From an uncultured Candidatus Rokubacteria bacterium (GTDB lineage Bacteria > Methylomirabilota > Methylomirabilia > Rokubacteriales > DASRDR01): a stretch of 64,000 nt of DNA. The notes beneath the pieces were generated by a model. It searched no databases. It worked only from the letters and a program-made list of their open reading frames with translations, and was not told the DNA's origin. Made by a program: the position numbers and the translations under genes. Position 1 is the first letter of the stretch. Each line of letters starts with the position of its first letter. The DNA lies in assembly GCA_963708025.1 (NCBI GenBank), contig CAVPSB010000018.1, positions 352,001-416,000 on the forward strand, in the 5' to 3' direction. Shown piece by piece: positions 59,726 to 64,000 of the stretch.

Positions 59726-59874
59726 GGGCGCGCCCTGGGCAGGGGAACGGTGAGCATCGAGGAGCCGGGGGAGGTGGCGAAGAGATTCACGCGATGCTCA
59801 CGGTGCTCAGGGTGACAAGTAGACGGATTGTAGCAGAGGCTCCCCGACGCCAGCAAGCGCGCGCCCACGTTCGA

Positions 59875-60753
59875 TCAGCGGGCGCTCTTCGGCTCGAGCA
59901 CCGATTTCAGGTAGGCGCCGAAGGCCTCGGCCAGGTCGGGCCGGGCCAGCGCCATCTCCACCGTGGCCTTCAGGAATCCGAGCTTCTCGCCGGTGTCGTA
60001 GCGCCGCCCCGTGAACCGCACCGCGTAAAGCGGCCGACGCTCCCGGAGCCGGCGGAGGGCGTCGGTGACCTGGATCTCGCCGCGGTGATCGGGCGCCGTC
60101 TCGGCCAGGATGGGAAAGATGTCGGGTGTCAGCACGTAGCGCCCGATGATGGCGAGGTCGGACGGCGCCGCCTCGGCGGCCGGCTTCTCGACCAGGTCCT
60201 CGACCAGGTAGACGTTCTCGCTCACCGCCGAGCCCCGGATCACGCCGTAGCGTGACAGCTCCTCCCGCGGCACCCGCTCCACCGCCAGGACCGGGTCGCC
60301 GTACTGCGCGTGGACGGCGAGGAGCTGGGAGATGCAGGGCGGTTCCGCGACGATGATGTCGTCGCCCAGGAAGACCGCGAAGGGCTCCTCCCCCACCAGC
60401 GGCCAGGCGCACAGGATGGCGTGGCCGAGCCCGAGCGGCTCCTTCTGGCGGATGTAGGCGATCGGCGCCAGGTCCGAGATCGTCTTGATCTGGGCCAGCT
60501 CCTCCCACTTGCCGCGCTCCTGCAGGTAGAACTCGAGCTCCACCGATGCGTCGAAGTGGTCCTCGATCGCGCGCTTGCCCCGGCCGGTCACGATGATCAG
60601 CCGGTCCAGCCCGGCCTGGACCGCCTCCTCGACCACGTACTGGATCATCGGCTTGTCGACGAGCGGCAGCATCTCCTTCGGCTGGGCCTTGGTGGCCGGG
60701 AGGAAGCGCGTGCCCAGGCCGGCGGCGGGGAAGACGGCGGTGCGGACTGTCAT
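59875..60753 (-). CDS. galU: UTP-glucose-1-phosphate uridylyltransferase
   Basis: PAAGLGTRFLPATKAQPKEMLP, QKEPLGLGHA and VEKP motifs. Confidence 0.97.
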   Translation of the reverse strand: MTVRTAVFPAAGLGTRFLPATKAQPKEMLPLVDKPMIQYVVEEAVQAGLDRLIIVTGRGKRAIEDHFDASVELEFYLQERGKWEELAQIKTISDLAPIAYIRQKEPLGLGHAILCAWPLVGEEPFAVFLGDDIIVAEPPCISQLLAVHAQYGDPVLAVERVPREELSRYGVIRGSAVSENVYLVEDLVEKPAAEAAPSDLAIIGRYVLTPDIFPILAETAPDHRGEIQVTDALRRLRERRPLYAVRFTGRRYDTGEKLGFLKATVEMALARPDLAEAFGAYLKSVLEPKSAR

Positions 60754-61622
60754 GCTGGTGACTCCTTCCTGCGCTGGACGGTCCAGATTCCGGCGGCCTC
60801 GAGCGTCTCCTTGACGCGGCGGCGGAGCTCCAGCTCCAGGCTCTCCTTCGCCGGCGCGTCGACGCGCGCGTGCAGCCGCAACACCATGTCGTTGTCCCCG
60901 AAGGTGACGATGCCCTCCGCCACCGGCGGCTCCAGGACCCGGTCCCGGTGCGCCTCGCGGAACGCGCGGCCGGCCGCTTCCAGCACCTGGAGCGCGTACT
61001 CCGCGTCCTGATCCCGCGGGATCTTCACCTCCACCACGGCCCGGGCCCAGCCGGCGGTATGGTGGCCGAACGCGGTCAGGTCGCTGTTGGGGACGATCCG
61101 CAGCTCCCCGGTGAACTTCCGGATCTTCGTGATCCGGAGCCCCACCGACTCGACGACACCGACGTGGGGACCCACCTCGACGACGTCGCCGACGACCACC
61201 AGGCCCTCGAAGAGGAGGAAGAACCCGGTCAGGACGTCCTTGATGAGTCCCTGAGCCCCGAGGCTGATGGCCAGACCCACCACGCCGGCCGAGACGACCA
61301 GGGCGCGCACGTCGATCCCCAGCTCCTGGAGGACGACGACGCCGGCGATGAACGCCACCACGTACTTGGTGATGTTGGTCATCAGGGGATCGAGGGTCCG
61401 GGCCCGCTGGACGCGCGCGGTATAGTCGGTGGCGCCCTCCTGCGGCCGGAGGCCCCGGTGGATCAGCCCGGCCACCAGGCGGTAGGCGACCCAGGCCAGG
61501 AGCAGGGTGACCACGATCGTCACCAGCCGGGCCAGCGCGGCCGCGCCCTCGGGGCCCAGCCCCACCGCCCGGGCCACCAGTCGGGCCAGCTCGTCGAGGA
61601 GGGACTCGAAGCGCGGGATCAC
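60750..61622 (-). CDS. MscS mechanosensitive channel family protein
   Basis: SAGVVGLAISLGAQ, VGDVV, GLRITKIR and VPNS motifs. Confidence 0.9.
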   Translation of the reverse strand: MIPRFESLLDELARLVARAVGLGPEGAAALARLVTIVVTLLLAWVAYRLVAGLIHRGLRPQEGATDYTARVQRARTLDPLMTNITKYVVAFIAGVVVLQELGIDVRALVVSAGVVGLAISLGAQGLIKDVLTGFFLLFEGLVVVGDVVEVGPHVGVVESVGLRITKIRKFTGELRIVPNSDLTAFGHHTAGWARAVVEVKIPRDQDAEYALQVLEAAGRAFREAHRDRVLEPPVAEGIVTFGDNDMVLRLHARVDAPAKESLELELRRRVKETLEAAGIWTVQRRKESPA

Positions 61623-62182
61623 AGCCCCGGCTCCTGCGATGCCGGCGCCTCGCCCCGGGGGTTGGCGGACGGCTGCGAGAGGTGGCGCAGGCGGCGAACC
61701 TCCCGGATCGCCCCCAGGGCCAGGACGTACGTCGCCACGCCCGCCAGCGTGCCGACGATGGTGGTGCCCACGAAGAGCGGCCTGGACGCCACGAACAGCG
61801 TGTTCCAGATCATCTGTCCCAGGTTGCCGGCGTGCTCCCGGGCGCTGGTCTGGAGCAGGACGCCGGCGGCGTCGGCCAGCTCGCCGACGCTCCAGACGAG
61901 CCCGACATTGCCGCTCAGGACCGCTTCCCCCAGCGCGAGGCAGAAGGCGTACACGAACGGCGCGAACCAGGGCAGGTTGATCCAGGCGCCGGTGATCGTG
62001 GCCACCATGTTCAGGCGGAAGACCAGGGCGACGATGATCGCCAGGAGCGTGTGGAGAAAGAAGAACGGCGTGGTGCCGATGAAGACGCCGACCGCGATGC
62101 TGGCCGCCAGTCGCGACGGGCTCCCGTCGTGATGGAGCACCGCCGTGACGCGTTCACGAAATCGACGCCAGGAGAGGACCAC
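61619..62182 (-). CDS. DUF2062 membrane protein
   Basis: SPSRLAASIAVGVFIGTTP...RLN...WINLPW; start approximate. Confidence 0.8.
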   Translation of the reverse strand: MVLSWRRFRERVTAVLHHDGSPSRLAASIAVGVFIGTTPFFFLHTLLAIIVALVFRLNMVATITGAWINLPWFAPFVYAFCLALGEAVLSGNVGLVWSVGELADAAGVLLQTSAREHAGNLGQMIWNTLFVASRPLFVGTTIVGTLAGVATYVLALGAIREVRRLRHLSQPSANPRGEAPASQEPGL

Positions 62183-62208
62183 GTACCGCGGTTTCTCGGC
62201 CGCTCCCG

Positions 62209-63375
62209 CTACGACGGCGGCTGGCGCTCGGTGGGCGCTTCCGCGATCGTGACTGGCACGGAGACCTCCTTGCCGCCCCGGAGCACGCGGAGGGTGACGG
62301 CCTGATCGACCGGCGCGTCGAGGACGAGCCGCTGGAGGTGCTGGAGATCCTCGACCGGGACGTCGCCGAATTTCAGAATCACGTCGTTCGGCTGCAGCCC
62401 GCCCTTCTCGGCCGGGCCGCCCGGGAGGACGCGGGCGACCACCGCCCCCTTCTCCCCGGCGGCGCCCAGCGACTGGGCCAGCTCCTTGCTCAGCGGCTGG
62501 AGGGAGACGCCGAGCCAGCCTCGGACCACCTTGCCCTTGGAGACGAGAGTCGCCGCCACCCGCTGGGCGACGTTGATCGGGATGGCGAAGCCGATCCCCT
62601 GGCCAGTGGAGACGATGGCGGTGTTGATCCCGATGACCTCGCCCCGGAAGTTGAGCAGGGGGCCGCCCGAGTTGCCCGGGTTGATCGAGGCGTCGGTCTG
62701 GACGAAGTTCTCGTACGGCACGATCCCGACCTCGGACCGGCCGGTGGCGCTGATCACCCCGACGGTGACCGTCTGCTCGAGTCCGAACGGGCTCCCGATG
62801 GCGATTGCCCACTCGCCCACCTGGAGCTTGTCCGAGTCGCCGAGCGGCGCCGCGACGATCCCCTCGGAGGGGATCCGGATGACGGCCAGGTCGGTCTTGG
62901 CGTCGGTGCCGACGATCTTGCCGCGCACCTCGCGCTTGGGATAGAGCCGCACCATGATCTCGTCGGCACCCTTGATGACGTGGAGGTTGGTCAGGATGTG
63001 CCCCTGGTTGTCGATGATCACGCCCGAGCCCACGCCGGCCGACTCGCGGCCGGACGGCGCCGGCATCTGGCCGAAGTAGCGGTCATAGTAGTCCTTGAAG
63101 GAGGGGTCCCCGGAGAACGGGTCGGTGCCGGGCGGCCGCTGGCGCCGCAGGAAGTGCGAGGTCGCGATCGACACGACGGCCGGGCGCACGTGGTCGGCGA
63201 CCCGGATGAAGGCGCGCTGCATCTCCTCGGCGCTCGGCACCGCCGCTGCGCCCTGACCGCCGCGGCTCAGCCCGGGGAGCCGGAGCCCGCCGAGCTGCAC
63301 CCCGATTCCCAGGCCCACGCCGACGGCCACCGCCAGGAGGAGTCCGGCCCCCAAACGGGCGAAAAGACGGGTCAT
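62209..63375 (-). CDS. HtrA/DegP-family serine protease with one PDZ domain
   Basis: GSGVII, TNLHV, DLAV and QTDASINPGNSGGPL motifs. Confidence 0.95.
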   Translation of the reverse strand: MTRLFARLGAGLLLAVAVGVGLGIGVQLGGLRLPGLSRGGQGAAAVPSAEEMQRAFIRVADHVRPAVVSIATSHFLRRQRPPGTDPFSGDPSFKDYYDRYFGQMPAPSGRESAGVGSGVIIDNQGHILTNLHVIKGADEIMVRLYPKREVRGKIVGTDAKTDLAVIRIPSEGIVAAPLGDSDKLQVGEWAIAIGSPFGLEQTVTVGVISATGRSEVGIVPYENFVQTDASINPGNSGGPLLNFRGEVIGINTAIVSTGQGIGFAIPINVAQRVAATLVSKGKVVRGWLGVSLQPLSKELAQSLGAAGEKGAVVARVLPGGPAEKGGLQPNDVILKFGDVPVEDLQHLQRLVLDAPVDQAVTLRVLRGGKEVSVPVTIAEAPTERQPPS

Positions 63376-63444
63376 TGCGAGCGCCGCTCGAAAATAACCT
63401 TGACTTCCCGATCGGGCCGGCTATACATCGAGGCTGAGTCTGTC

Positions 63445-64000
63445 ATGCGGAGGCTGGGTACCCGATATACCCACGTGCCCCTCGGGCTCGTGAGCGTGCT
63501 GCTCGTGGTGACAATCATCGCGTGGCTCCTCGAGCGCCAGGTGGAGGTGTGGGATCCGGCCTTCCGGATCGCCGCGCCGGTGCCGGCCGCGGTGACCCTG
63601 GCCGCCGGGCCCTCGCCGGCCGCCGCCGCGCTGCCGGAGCCCGTCCCGGTCCCCGAGGCCGCCCCTCCAGCGCCTTCGTCCCCGCCCCCCGCTCTCGACG
63701 TCGCGCCCGTCGCCCCGCCCCCGCCGGCCCCGGCGGCGCCGGCCGAGCGCTACGCGCTCGAGAGCGGGCCGTTCGTCTCGGCGGAGGCGGCCGATCGGAT
63801 CGAGGATCAGCTCAATCACCTCGGCTACGCGACGGTCCGCTTCCGGAAACAGGAGGTGCGGCGTCTCTACGTGGTGAGCGTGGTGGGCCTGGGCTCGGCG
63901 CGGGACGCCCGGCGCGCCGCCGGCGAGATCGGCCGCGGCACCGTCGTGGAGGGTGAAGAGGGGGTGGTGATCCAGGTGGATCGGCTGCCCTCCCTGGGGG
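63445..64000 (+). CDS. Membrane-anchored SPOR-like protein (runs off window end)
   Basis: ATG 63445: TM helix, Pro/Ala linker, YALESGPFVSAEAADRIEDQLNHLGY; absent from the ORF track because it has no stop in the window. Confidence 0.65.
   Translation, partial: MRRLGTRYTHVPLGLVSVLLVVTIIAWLLERQVEVWDPAFRIAAPVPAAVTLAAGPSPAAAALPEPVPVPEAAPPAPSSPPPALDVAPVAPPPPAPAAPAERYALESGPFVSAEAADRIEDQLNHLGYATVRFRKQEVRRLYVVSVVGLGSARDARRAAGEIGRGTVVEGEEGVVIQVDRLPSLG

Overview
Very GC-rich (about 70% or more by eye) diderm bacterial DNA. The gene repertoire and style suggest Candidatus Rokubacteria/Methylomirabilota, which is inference only. Almost all genes are on the minus strand. 0.26-23.5 kb: a large surface-glycan/LPS cluster (radical SAM, RmlD, ArnT/PMT-like GT, two GT2, three DegT aminotransferases, two methyltransferases, four GT4, Wzm/Wzt, two GDP-sugar SDRs, LptD), with many frameshifts that look mostly like long-read indels. 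23.8-30.5 kb: DUF72-folC-accD-trpA-trpB-trpF-trpC. 30.6-37.8 kb (+): a two-gene NRPS (ligase-T, C-A-T-C) running in frame into an ACT protein. 38.4-39.8 kb: a lower-GC toxin-antitoxin patch with two attC-like sites. 39.8-54.1 kb: TctA/B-TctC-TctC, a molybdenum hydroxylase with two large subunits, CoxG, an orphan EutA-like protein, a bicupin and a PhtD-like protein. 54-64 kb: AKR, two LLM oxidoreductases, a chimeric enamidase remnant, pncB, galU, MscS, DUF2062, DegP and a SPOR protein. The most striking structure not explained by the genes is a nested set of small palindromic repeats. A covarying ~120-170 bp hairpin occurs in 5 copies, and a ~21-nt cGNAg mini-hairpin unit occurs in 9 copies at different positions inside several host repeats. 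Some of these repeats sit inside coding sequences (folC, the ArnT-like GT, a Mo-subunit N-terminus, the CoxG C-terminus).
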